A model generated the notes under the pieces. It saw only the letters and a list, made by a program, of their open reading frames with translations, ran no database searches and was not told the origin of the DNA. 58,866 nucleotides of DNA, taken from the IMG/VR virus record IMGVR_UViG_3300037423_000489, positions 1 to 58,866 of that record, one strand, 5' to 3'. This DNA comes from a virus (taxonomy: Duplodnaviria; Caudoviricetes). How positions within the stretch are numbered: the stretch's first letter is position 1; every line of letters starts with the position of its first letter. A program made the translations under genes and the position numbers. Positions 38,725 through 46,498 of the stretch are shown one piece after another.

Positions 38725-38990
38725 TGGTTGTCGATGCATGCCTCCCATGAGGCAGGGTTCTAACTTGAGGGTTCCAACCACGCGGCCAAGGCGCGGCGCA
38801 TGCACCAACACAGAAGCGCCCTGACACGTCACGAACAGTCAGACCCCTACGGCCAGTGGACGGCTCCGGAACCGCTCCCCACCTCCGTTGCGCACTACGC
38901 CGATTTCGCCGCGCTTCTGTGTTGGTCCAGACTTCCTACTGCTTCGGGCACTGGATTCCCGACCGGCTTTTAACCATTTCTGGAGCATGT
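38725..38990 (-). ncRNA. Highly structured intergenic RNA region
   Basis: 13-bp closing stem TGTTGGTGCATGC/GCATGCATCGACA+ACCA (38725-38810); perfect 16-bp inverted repeat 38804-38819/38911-38926; several inner hairpins. Confidence 0.6.
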
Positions 38991-39007
38991 CCGGCATGCT
39001 TTGCTGC

Positions 39008-39370
39008 TTACTTCCTGACGGCGACATCAATCACTTCGTATGAAGTGTTTTGTACAAGAGGATTTTTAAATATGGATTGGCAGTACTTGACTGCGACTGT
39101 CCCACCTTGAAAAACTGCGTCGTCAATTTTCTTGGCCACATCGCTACGCAAAACAGAGAAGCGCCAGATGTTAGTAACAGCAACGCCATTTTTTGATGAG
39201 TGCGCTTTGACCCCATCCATTACCATTTCGCCTTCCCACGATTTATTGAGCAATCCCTTTTGCGAGAACTTCTGAATGGTTCCAACACGGACGCCTTCTG
39301 AATAGCATTCGGCTTGTGCCAGTGCTGGCAATGCAAAAACAATGGCTAATGCGAACAAACGTTTTTTCAT
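39008..39370 (-). CDS. Secreted protein with signal peptide
   Basis: MKKRLFALAIVFALPALAQA signal; YSEG.R.G..QKFS.KG..KSWEGE. Confidence 0.75.
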   Translation of the reverse strand: MKKRLFALAIVFALPALAQAECYSEGVRVGTIQKFSQKGLLNKSWEGEMVMDGVKAHSSKNGVAVTNIWRFSVLRSDVAKKIDDAVFQGGTVAVKYCQSIFKNPLVQNTSYEVIDVAVRK

Positions 39371-39388
39371 CTCACTTCCCCGGTTGAA

Positions 39389-39574
39389 TTACGATTGATT
39401 ACCTTGTGCTTGCGCGCACTTATGGCAACGGCGGCTCTTTACTTTCGATGGCTTCATTGCAAATTCACCCAATCCAAGTGGGCGCACAATCGTGTGTCCG
39501 CATTCAAGCGTTTCAAGCATGGTTTCAGGACGATCTACGATTCGACGCAGTGGTGCAGGTGTATGTACGCTCAT
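39389..39574 (-). CDS. Small Zn-binding protein
   Basis: GGAG RBS; LECGH..RRCHKC. Confidence 0.6.
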   Translation of the reverse strand: MSVHTPAPLRRIVDRPETMLETLECGHTIVRPLGLGEFAMKPSKVKSRRCHKCAQAQGNQS

Positions 39575-39589
39575 ATCAATCTCCGATGG

Positions 39590-39778
39590 TTAAACCGTTT
39601 CCAGCAACTCATCGCGAATTGCTTCAGCGAGTTCTTTCGATACAGGGATGTCATGCCCAAACAGCTTCACGCTCACCAGCTCCACCGATGCAGGCTCGCC
39701 AGCATCGGCAGGCACTTCGATAAATTGCACTTCCATAGGAAGGTCTTTTTCGAGGTGTGCGATTTGGATGGTTGCCAT
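39590..39778 (-). CDS. Hypothetical protein, first gene of PL operon
   Basis: AAGGGA RBS; acidic 62 aa. Confidence 0.55.
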   Translation of the reverse strand: MATIQIAHLEKDLPMEVQFIEVPADAGEPASVELVSVKLFGHDIPVSKELAEAIRDELLETV

Positions 39779-39805
39779 TTTGTTTCCCTTTGCATTCATT
39801 CATAA

Positions 39806-40317
39806 CTTTGATAATTTGAGATTCAAGGGAGAGGGCGGATCAGCTTTGCTATACTTTCCGCGCCGGTACTGTTAATGCCGGTTGCGGTCTAACAAGCCGC
39901 TAAAGGTGAGCCGATGATGCTTGCCAGTGAAGACTCAAACAGAGTGCCAGGTGCACCTGCAAAGAGGATCTTCATAGTACGCATCTACGACAAGCCATAC
40001 TGCGCCACCATCGAACCCAAAGGTTCGAATGTGATGTAGTAGCGAGAAGCCATCCTAGGAACGCGACTCGCAAGCGCCGGGCATGGCGCTATACAAATCC
40101 TGGGCTAATTGCCCGTGGCCACGGGCTTTCAAGGTCAAACCATGAAAGTTACCGTTGCTGTGAAGGTGGATTTGAAAGTCGATCTCGCCAAGTGTTGTTA
40201 TTACTTGATGCTGATCGTCTTGCTCATCGTTACCTAGGAAAAGCGGGGATGGTTGATAAGGCCATCTCCGCCAGCCCTAAAGCTGCGCCCTCTCTCTTGA
40301 ATCCCAAATTGTCAAAG
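39806..40317. repeat. Long imperfect inverted repeat (39806-39847 / 40279-40317) with boxA-like sequence
   Basis: ctttgataatttgagattcaagggagagggcg..cagcttt versus aaagctgcgccctctctcttgaatcccaaattgtcaaag; minus strand reads GTTCTTTGACAAT. Confidence 0.9.
40142..40237 (+). CDS. 31-aa hydrophobic peptide, type I toxin-like
   Basis: MKVTVAVKVDLKVDLAKCCYYLMLIVLLIVT; AAGGT SD within a CTTTCA/TGAAAG hairpin; GC hairpin after stop; extended -10 TGCTATACT at 39847-39855. Confidence 0.6.
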   Translation: MKVTVAVKVDLKVDLAKCCYYLMLIVLLIVT

Positions 40318-40371
40318 AACTGTTTGCTGCTTCATCAACTGCGTTTTGCTGTTTGTTGATGCGATGGATTC

Positions 40372-40412
40372 ATAATATCCCATAAACGGGAAAAGAACAA
40401 CCCAAAAATGGG
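40372..40412 (-). promoter_or_regulatory. PL promoter with two operators
   Basis: TTGTTC-17-TATTAT on minus strand; operators CCCATAAACGGG (40379) and CCCAAAAATGGG (40401). Confidence 0.8.
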
Positions 40413-40526
40413 AAATAAATTTAAATATTTGGTAAAATACCCACACCGCCCGAATTTCAGACAACAAAAAACCGGCTCAAGGCCGGTTAGGTGGTGATGC
40501 TAATATGCTTGAATTACGGAGAGCAC

Positions 40527-40697
40527 ATGAATAAGCAACTTGTATTTAGCTGCATGGCATTGCCTTTAATGATCGGGCTGGGATTGGATCGCATCGCGAT
40601 AGGGCGCTACGTCTGGGCGATTATTTGGCTTGCTGCTGCATACTGTCATGCGTACCTGATCTATGAAAGCGTTAGACGTAAAAAAGCCCCGCGCTAG
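40527..40697 (+). CDS. Small membrane protein
   Basis: GGAGAG RBS; two hydrophobic helices and basic tail. Confidence 0.55.
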   Translation: MNKQLVFSCMALPLMIGLGLDRIAIGRYVWAIIWLAAAYCHAYLIYESVRRKKAPR

Positions 40698-40715
40698 GGC
40701 AGGGCTGGTGAAAAA

Positions 40716-40958
40716 TTATTTATTGAGTTGTCTGTAAAATTCTTTTTTTGAAACGCCTGCTTGATCCGCCATGAAACCTATAAGAATCTGACTGAAAGGA
40801 GCCTTAGGACAATCAACGGTGACTTTATAAAGTCTTCCATTAACCGTTTTAACCCACTGTTCATGAGAGGTTGATTTCTGTGGTCGCGACTCAAACCCAA
40901 GATTCTTTAATATCCTCTTTACATCCTTACAGGTGAGAGGTGGATAAACACCGCTCAA
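40716..40958 (-). CDS. hicA: HicA-family toxin
   Basis: LTCKDVKRILKNLGF..TSHEQW..KVTV..QAGVSKKEF. Confidence 0.85.
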   Translation of the reverse strand: MSGVYPPLTCKDVKRILKNLGFESRPQKSTSHEQWVKTVNGRLYKVTVDCPKAPFSQILIGFMADQAGVSKKEFYRQLNK

Positions 40959-40960
40959 GA

Positions 40961-41284
40961 TTATGCTGGAACAAGTTGCATTGGCTCGCAGAAAGCCTCT
41001 TCATGCTTATTAGCGTGTCCGACCAAGCGAGTGCGTGCAAGACTTAAATACCACTTAAGCCAGTATTTTAATGGAGCGCGGCGCGAGAGCAGTCTATGTG
41101 CGTGCTGCTTGTCCTGACCTACCATAGCGTCATAAATATATTCTTTAATTTGCTCTTCAAGTTTGGATTTTGCCTCATCTAATGAGGGCGCTTGAGAGGC
41201 CAGCGAAAAATCGAGGCAAATCAAAGACCATTGTCCTTCGCTTTTCTCGCCATAAATCTTAAGAAAGAAGCGGTCGGCTTTCAT
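40961..41284 (-). CDS. hicB: HicB-like antitoxin lacking DNA-binding domain
   Basis: W..ICLDFSLASQAPSLDEAKSKL..I.EY partial RNase H fold; directly upstream of hicA. Confidence 0.7.
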   Translation of the reverse strand: MKADRFFLKIYGEKSEGQWSLICLDFSLASQAPSLDEAKSKLEEQIKEYIYDAMVGQDKQHAHRLLSRRAPLKYWLKWYLSLARTRLVGHANKHEEAFCEPMQLVPA

Positions 41285-41494
41285 GATGTATTCCCGTGTG
41301 TGAATATTGCATTTATTATAATTTTAGTATATGGCTTATTAAAACATATGTGATGATGAATGTCACTAAGCATATGTCTATGACGGCAAAACTGTGGCAA
41401 AGTTTAATTCGACCAATCCTCCATTACCAACAGTCTATTCAACAAAACACCCCATAGCCTCACACTGCTTGAGCTAAAGGTAGATGCAAAGCAG

Positions 41495-41923
41495 TTAATG
41501 TATTCCGGCTATTTTCACTTCAAGCAAGATCAGATCTGATAGAGAATTGACCCAGCGTGGGTAGCTTAGGAATGTTCCTTGCAATTCATCGCTGCTCACG
41601 TATTTGATCTTATAGCCATGCGTGTCATAGATGACATCCACGACAAGAGGCTGAGACTCGGATGCGCGATCAAGTTTTGCGCGTGCAACGCCTTGTCCGT
41701 CGGCAAGGATTACCCATCCATGACGCAGAATGCCGGTCAATACGCCTTTCCTGACATCTGCCAAAGAGTAATGTGCGTCATCTGGAAATTTTATCGGGCC
41801 GACAATAGCAGGTGTTTCAGTTGGGGCCGGAAGAAATTGTGCTCTTATTTCACTGAATAGGAAAAAGCTGATCGCAAGAATTGCAAGCGCCAATGCATGT
41901 TTCGTTTTCAATTTTAATTGCAA
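41495..41923 (-). CDS. Exported protein
   Basis: N-terminal hydrophobic helix; GW..IKYVSS..Y.RWV..L pattern. Confidence 0.65.
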   Translation of the reverse strand: MQLKLKTKHALALAILAISFFLFSEIRAQFLPAPTETPAIVGPIKFPDDAHYSLADVRKGVLTGILRHGWVILADGQGVARAKLDRASESQPLVVDVIYDTHGYKIKYVSSDELQGTFLSYPRWVNSLSDLILLEVKIAGIH

Positions 41924-42270
41924 TTTTTAGTCATGAAATTAACGGAATAGCTTGGCGTAATGATCGCTGTGCTACCTAAATATAAAGCCGCTTCTGAGCC
42001 TGTATCTGTAGGTTTAATTTGTACTACCGAGTAAATAGAATCCGCTTTACGTACAAGCACTTCTATAGGCTGTCCTACCACATTCGTTATGCTTGCATTA
42101 GTGACATTTGCAAAGCTGCTATTAGCGTTGTTCTGAATGCAAACGGCTAAAGCCCCGGCAGTCTTTGTGCTTCTAAAATAATGCACATCATTATCATTCA
42201 AAATATCTTCTCTGGAAGCGCATCCTGATATTAACAATGCAATTGCGCTGATCACTATAATTTTCTTCAT
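41914..42270 (-). CDS. Lipoprotein
   Basis: MKKIIVISAIALLISGC lipobox. Confidence 0.75.
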   Translation of the reverse strand: MKKIIVISAIALLISGCASREDILNDNDVHYFRSTKTAGALAVCIQNNANSSFANVTNASITNVVGQPIEVLVRKADSIYSVVQIKPTDTGSEAALYLGSTAIITPSYSVNFMTKNCN

Positions 42271-42349
42271 TTTTAGCATCTGTGTTTAATTTTTCTTGTT
42301 TGAACTGAATGAGAATGGATCAAAATTGCGCATGTAGTTCATGCATTTT

Positions 42350-42619
42350 TTATTTTCCCTTATGACCCAACTCGATAAAAATATTTTCTCGACCCCATCT
42401 GAGAATCAATTCTTGAATCAACTCGCCATCACTGAATTGCTGCAATTCGTTGCGAACTTCCATGCTTTCCTGCAGTCTGGCGACTAGCTCAGCATTCAAC
42501 GATCGATGATGCTCTTTTGCCGACGCTTCAATTTGCTCTCGCAGCTTGGTAGGTATCCGTAGGCCGAACGGGTTGATGTCTTTGTACATGCGGCCAATCG
42601 TATCGACTGACTTCATCAT
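42350..42619 (-). CDS. Arc-family ribbon-helix-helix protein
   Basis: FGLRIP..LRE.I..SA..HRSLNAELVARL; start may be 42589. Confidence 0.88.
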   Translation of the reverse strand: MMKSVDTIGRMYKDINPFGLRIPTKLREQIEASAKEHHRSLNAELVARLQESMEVRNELQQFSDGELIQELILRWGRENIFIELGHKGK

Positions 42620-42722
42620 GTAATAGACACATCATGTAACTATTTCTCCTTCTGACTGTCCAATTGTTAAATTTAATTTTGTGTATTCCAATCTATGGTT
42701 TTAGCTGAAAAGATGAAATATA

Positions 42723-42738
42723 CTGTTTGTTCATACAG
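42723..42738 (+). promoter_or_regulatory. LexA (SOS) box overlapping a -10 element
   Basis: CTGT-TTGTTCAT-ACAG in taCTGT..ACAGt context; TATACT at 42719-42724. Confidence 0.75.
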
Positions 42739-42807
42739 TGCTTTGTTCCCCGAAGGCAATTGCTGGAACCACCAAGCGCTACAAGATCGATTGCATTAGG
42801 GGGGGGC

Positions 42808-42987
42808 ATGACGAAACAAGAACAAGATTTAATTGATCAGTTACCAGCGAAATACCAGTTACTCTTCGATAATTTTTTTAATATGTCGCATGAAGCGAAA
42901 GAATCGCTTCTTCTTATTTCTTGCGGATTGGCAGAGCATCATCCCTTAAGGAAACCTCCTGAGCTTTATCTCGTTCCAAAGATTTAG
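42808..42987 (+). CDS. Putative SOS-induced antirepressor (59 aa)
   Basis: Downstream of SOS box, G-rich SD, similar to repressor C-terminus. Confidence 0.6.
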   Translation: MTKQEQDLIDQLPAKYQLLFDNFFNMSHEAKESLLLISCGLAEHHPLRKPPELYLVPKI

Positions 42988-43312
42988 CCGACATTAAAAG
43001 TGCGTTCTTCGCATTCGCACTCATGGCACGGAATTCTGCTAACAGTTCTTGTTCTTGCTGGTTTGCCACAATCACATACATCCCCAAGTCTGGCTGTATT
43101 AACTGCCAAGGATGTAATTTGAAGGCCTTTGCCACATCATCAAGCGTATCCAATGTAATAGCCGTTTGAGCTTTTTTCATACGGTCTATCGTTCCCCGGC
43201 CCAAACCAGATTTGGCCGCCACCTTGTCCAAGGTATCCAGCTCGGCTTTCTTTGCCATTAATTTAGTCAGATTATCCGACGCAAATTTCTTTGATGGTTG
43301 CATTTTATTCAT
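42914..43312 (-). CDS. CI-like repressor (XRE HTH, no S24 peptidase)
   Basis: VAAKSGLGRGTIDRM..TLDTLDDVAKAF HTH; divergent from cro-like gene; exact start uncertain. Confidence 0.8.
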   Translation of the reverse strand: MNKMQPSKKFASDNLTKLMAKKAELDTLDKVAAKSGLGRGTIDRMKKAQTAITLDTLDDVAKAFKLHPWQLIQPDLGMYVIVANQQEQELLAEFRAMSANAKNALLMSAKSLERDKAQEVSLRDDALPIRKK

Positions 43313-43323
43313 GTGCATAGAAT

Positions 43324-43378
43324 CCCACAAATGAATTCCCATTTGTGGGTTGACTAAATCCCGTTTATGGGAAATAAT
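43324..43378 (+). promoter_or_regulatory. PR promoter with operators
   Basis: TTGACT-17-AATAAT; CCCATTTGTGGG (43338), CCCGTTTATGGG (43360), partial CCCACAAATGAA (43324). Confidence 0.82.
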
Positions 43379-43384
43379 GACTTC

Positions 43385-43630
43385 ATGAATACTCACACTG
43401 AATCTCGCACTGAATATGTCGCGCGCAAATTACGCGAAGCTGCGCATAGAAATTGGCCTGAAATTTCTGAAAAATCAGGCGTACCCGAAAAAACTCTTAG
43501 CAAGATTGCATACGAAGAAACAAAAGATCCTAGAGAGAGCACGGTAAGCGCCTTGTTTTCATATTTTGAAAATCAGGAAGTGCTGAAAAAAAAATCCCGC
43601 CGCTCCACAGACAAGGGGGCTGCGCAATGA
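43385..43630 (+). CDS. Cro-like repressor
   Basis: WPEISEKSGVPEKTLSKIAY.ETKDPR..TV..L..YF. Confidence 0.8.
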   Translation: MNTHTESRTEYVARKLREAAHRNWPEISEKSGVPEKTLSKIAYEETKDPRESTVSALFSYFENQEVLKKKSRRSTDKGAAQ

Positions 43631-43636
43631 AATATA

Positions 43637-43873
43637 TCAATGCCGATCTTTGTAATGAATACCACTCATCGGATCTGCAATTGCTTTCTGAATCTGAAGT
43701 AGCGCTTGCACTAAATCTTCTATCTGCATTGAGGGGATTAAGAGGCGCAATGCCTTTGACTGATCTTGCATGTGAAGAAAGTCCACGACCGCAAACTGCC
43801 CATCTTTGCTCGTCGTAGCTGAAATTGGTTGAAGTACTGGGTATTCGATTTCTACTTTGTATTGATGATTCAT
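43637..43873 (-). CDS. Hypothetical protein antisense in PR operon
   Basis: GGAAGG upstream; competing + strand ORF 43627-43818 also possible. Confidence 0.35.
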   Translation of the reverse strand: MNHQYKVEIEYPVLQPISATTSKDGQFAVVDFLHMQDQSKALRLLIPSMQIEDLVQALLQIQKAIADPMSGIHYKDRH

Positions 43874-43949
43874 TGGGGTTTCCTTCCGTGAAATTGATGT
43901 ATGAGAAACAGCAATTTAACACGGTGGGAAATTCCGCCCAGTAAGTAAC

Positions 43950-43977
43950 ACCGCTGCAAACCACAGCGGTTTTTTTG
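43950..43977 (+). terminator. tR1-like terminator
   Basis: accgctg-caaacca-cagcggt plus T-tract. Confidence 0.75.
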
Positions 43978-44163
43978 AAGCAAATCACTGAGATTTGATT
44001 TTTCTCAAATTGAGATCGGTCAAGAAATGTGGAAGTTTGCATAGACAGTTTTAGTTTTTAGTGAATTAGAAAGTGAATTGCGTAACTGCATTCTCTTTTT
44101 TTTAAGAAAAAAAGTCTGTACGAAGTTGTCCGAATAAAAAAATGAAATTCGGGAGATGTCGGA

Positions 44164-44577
44164 ATGCCAAACAAAATTGCAGAACAACCGCCGCTGTTTT
44201 ATGAATCAATCAATGACGTGTTGCGCGAAATCGTGCATGCACTCGGGGGAACAAAAAAGGTCGGCAATCTTATGCGTCCACAAAAGACCATCGATGATGC
44301 TGGCCGTTGGGTTTCTGATTGCTTGAATCCTGATCGTCGCGAAAAGTTCGACCCAGATGACACGATGTGGTTACTCCGCGAGGCGCGGAAAGTTGGATGC
44401 CACGCAGCCATCAATTTCATTTGCAGTGATGCTGGCTACTCCAATCCACTGCCAATTGAGCCTGAAGACGAACTCGCACAGCTGCAGCGTGAATTCATCG
44501 AATCAACAAAATGCCTCTCACGCATGGCTAGTCGGATCGAGCAGCTTTCTGGTGGACAGATACGGAGCGTCGCATGA
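44164..44577 (+). CDS. CII-like regulator
   Basis: ALGGTKKVG..CLNPDRREKF; position after cro. Confidence 0.65.
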   Translation: MPNKIAEQPPLFYESINDVLREIVHALGGTKKVGNLMRPQKTIDDAGRWVSDCLNPDRREKFDPDDTMWLLREARKVGCHAAINFICSDAGYSNPLPIEPEDELAQLQREFIESTKCLSRMASRIEQLSGGQIRSVA

Positions 44578-44734
44578 ACGAACAAATCATCCCAATCGAT
44601 CGCTTCCGCGCACTCGTTGCAGAACAGGCCATGTCAGTGAATCCAGTTTGCCCAGCAGAGCTTGCCGGGTTCGAAGACGTGTTTTGGTATGAACTACGTA
44701 TCGCGCAATTCGAACAATCCTGTGAGGACGAACC

Positions 44735-45103
44735 ATGCTCACTGTAAAAGTCATTCTGCTTCTGATATTTGCTGCGCTAGGGTTTTACATTTTGGTGCGC
44801 ATTCATAAATCCAACACTGAATATTGGGATCGCAAGATTTATGAAATCAGTGCGTTCCATATTGAACTGTTTAAGTTGCCACCAGAAACAGAATGGTTCG
44901 CTTCGAACTTCGTACCGTTCAATCACGGCCTTTATCGCGTGCGCCGCAAGTTCAAATTCAATAGCGTGGCGAAATTCAAGGGCGAAGAATACATGCGAGA
45001 TGCCTGCATATGGAACGGAAAAGAGTGGCTTTCGACTGATGGCAGGCCATCTTTTTTTCAGGATTGGGAGTTTCAGGGATTGACAAAAAAGGTGACGCCA
45101 TGA
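44735..45103 (+). CDS. Membrane-anchored hypothetical protein
   Basis: N-terminal TM; TEWF..P..G.Y..WNG..W..GL domain. Confidence 0.6.
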   Translation: MLTVKVILLLIFAALGFYILVRIHKSNTEYWDRKIYEISAFHIELFKLPPETEWFASNFVPFNHGLYRVRRKFKFNSVAKFKGEEYMRDACIWNGKEWLSTDGRPSFFQDWEFQGLTKKVTP

Positions 45104-45294
45104 CCATCGAAAAACTTCAGGAAACCATCGCGCAGCAAAACCGCTTGATCTCTTCACAGCAATTGACCATTTACGAGCTGCAGCGGCAAAACGCAGATAA
45201 CCGCTCGACCATTAACAACATGGCTGAGTACATCAAGATCATTGAGGATCAAAAGCACCGCCTCGAAGCACAGCATGCACAGGTGCCAGCATGA
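45100..45294 (+). CDS. Coiled-coil hypothetical protein
   Basis: ATGA overlaps at both ends. Confidence 0.55.
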   Translation: MTIEKLQETIAQQNRLISSQQLTIYELQRQNADNRSTINNMAEYIKIIEDQKHRLEAQHAQVPA

Positions 45295-45563
45295 CGACAT
45301 TCATTCTAAGCGCTATGCCATCCGAAACTGTGAAGGGCAAGACATACAAAGGCCGCTTGATTCTCGATGAGGTCAACCACGGCGATCTGATCGAAACGGT
45401 TGATGCCGATCCTGTGATGGGTTACTGCTCGATTCAAGAAAAGGACGTTCCTATCGTCTCAGCTTGGCAAGTCGCACGAGAGAAGATCGGCTATTCGAAA
45501 TATGAGCATCGGCCTAATGCTGGATGGTTTGTTGTTGATGAAAAAAAGAAGGCGGAAGTATGA
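45291..45563 (+). CDS. Hypothetical protein
   Basis: ATGA overlaps at both ends. Confidence 0.55.
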   Translation: MTTFILSAMPSETVKGKTYKGRLILDEVNHGDLIETVDADPVMGYCSIQEKDVPIVSAWQVAREKIGYSKYEHRPNAGWFVVDEKKKAEV

Positions 45564-45886
45564 AAACCAACGTGGCGCCCAATAGCTTGGCAGCTTTCTG
45601 GCAGATGCGCGATGCAGGAGAACTGCCTGAGCGTGAGCGCGAAGTCTATGAAGCCTTGCGCAAATACGGCCCCATGACTCGCGAGCAATTGGCAGCGCGC
45701 ACAGGGCAGAAAGAAGGCTCAATCGCTGGCCGTGTGTTCAAACTCAAAGAGCGTGGCATCGTGGTCGGCGTCGCTAACAAGATCAATCCTCACACTGACA
45801 AGCTGAATGAGATCGTTGATCTCGCTCCGCATCGCAAAACGCCAAAAGTTCAAGAGCCACTGTTTCCGGAGATGGCAGAGGCATGA
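45560..45886 (+). CDS. Winged-HTH protein
   Basis: GPMTREQLAARTG..SIAGRV..L.E.G. Confidence 0.75.
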   Translation: MKTNVAPNSLAAFWQMRDAGELPEREREVYEALRKYGPMTREQLAARTGQKEGSIAGRVFKLKERGIVVGVANKINPHTDKLNEIVDLAPHRKTPKVQEPLFPEMAEA

Positions 45887-46320
45887 CCGCAATCGTCATC
45901 AACAGCGACATTGGCCTACAAAAGTGCTTTGGCATTTTGCGCGAGGCCTATGCCAAGCATCATTTCTTGCGCCTGAATCTTAAGACTGGAAAGGATCGCT
46001 CGCTTGACTTCAATGCGCTGAGCCATTGCTGGTATGAGCAGCTTGCGCGCGAACTGCCAGATGATGACGCTCTCGGATGGAAATCTTATTGCAAGCTCAA
46101 TTTTGGCGTGCCGATCATGCGCGCCGAAGACGAAGAGTTCCGTTCGTTCTATGACGCGGCAATCAAACAGTCATTGAGCTATGAGCAGAAGCTGACGGCG
46201 ATGAAATATCTGCCTGTCACGTCGCTTATGACCAATCCTCAATTCAAAAAATACTGCATTGAACTGCAAGCGCACTTTGCGACTTGCGGTGTCATGCTCG
46301 AATTTCCGAGGGAAGAATGA
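45883..46320 (+). CDS. NinB-like protein
   Basis: RSLDFNALSH.W and TSLM..F..Y motifs. Confidence 0.7.
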   Translation: MTAIVINSDIGLQKCFGILREAYAKHHFLRLNLKTGKDRSLDFNALSHCWYEQLARELPDDDALGWKSYCKLNFGVPIMRAEDEEFRSFYDAAIKQSLSYEQKLTAMKYLPVTSLMTNPQFKKYCIELQAHFATCGVMLEFPREE

Positions 46321-46498
46321 GCGAGCTTTGCACATACATCAAGACGTGCCCTTCAAGGATTGCATTCGGTGACGCACCAAACGGCTGTAACAAGACCGAT
46401 GAATCAACCTGCAGCTCTGCCAGTGATTTCTATCGGTGGTATCAGGAAGAGCATATAGAGCGGTTTCATGTGGAACAGGATGAGAAGCGGAGGGTGGC

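Noticed and set aside
25378-38893. Shared 14-mer GCGCAACGGAGGTG (about 25378 plus strand, 38880 minus strand)
   Set aside because: Matches of this length are expected by chance in 59 kb and it includes an SD-like sequence
39806-40317. Interpretation as an IS or MITE
   Set aside because: No transposase and no target-site duplication seen; arm mismatches are all transitions and one arm carries boxA, fitting an RNA stem better
42799-43594. G8 and A9 homopolymers as phase-variation tracts
   Set aside because: Short; G8 serves as an SD and A9 encodes Lys codons; no evidence of length variation
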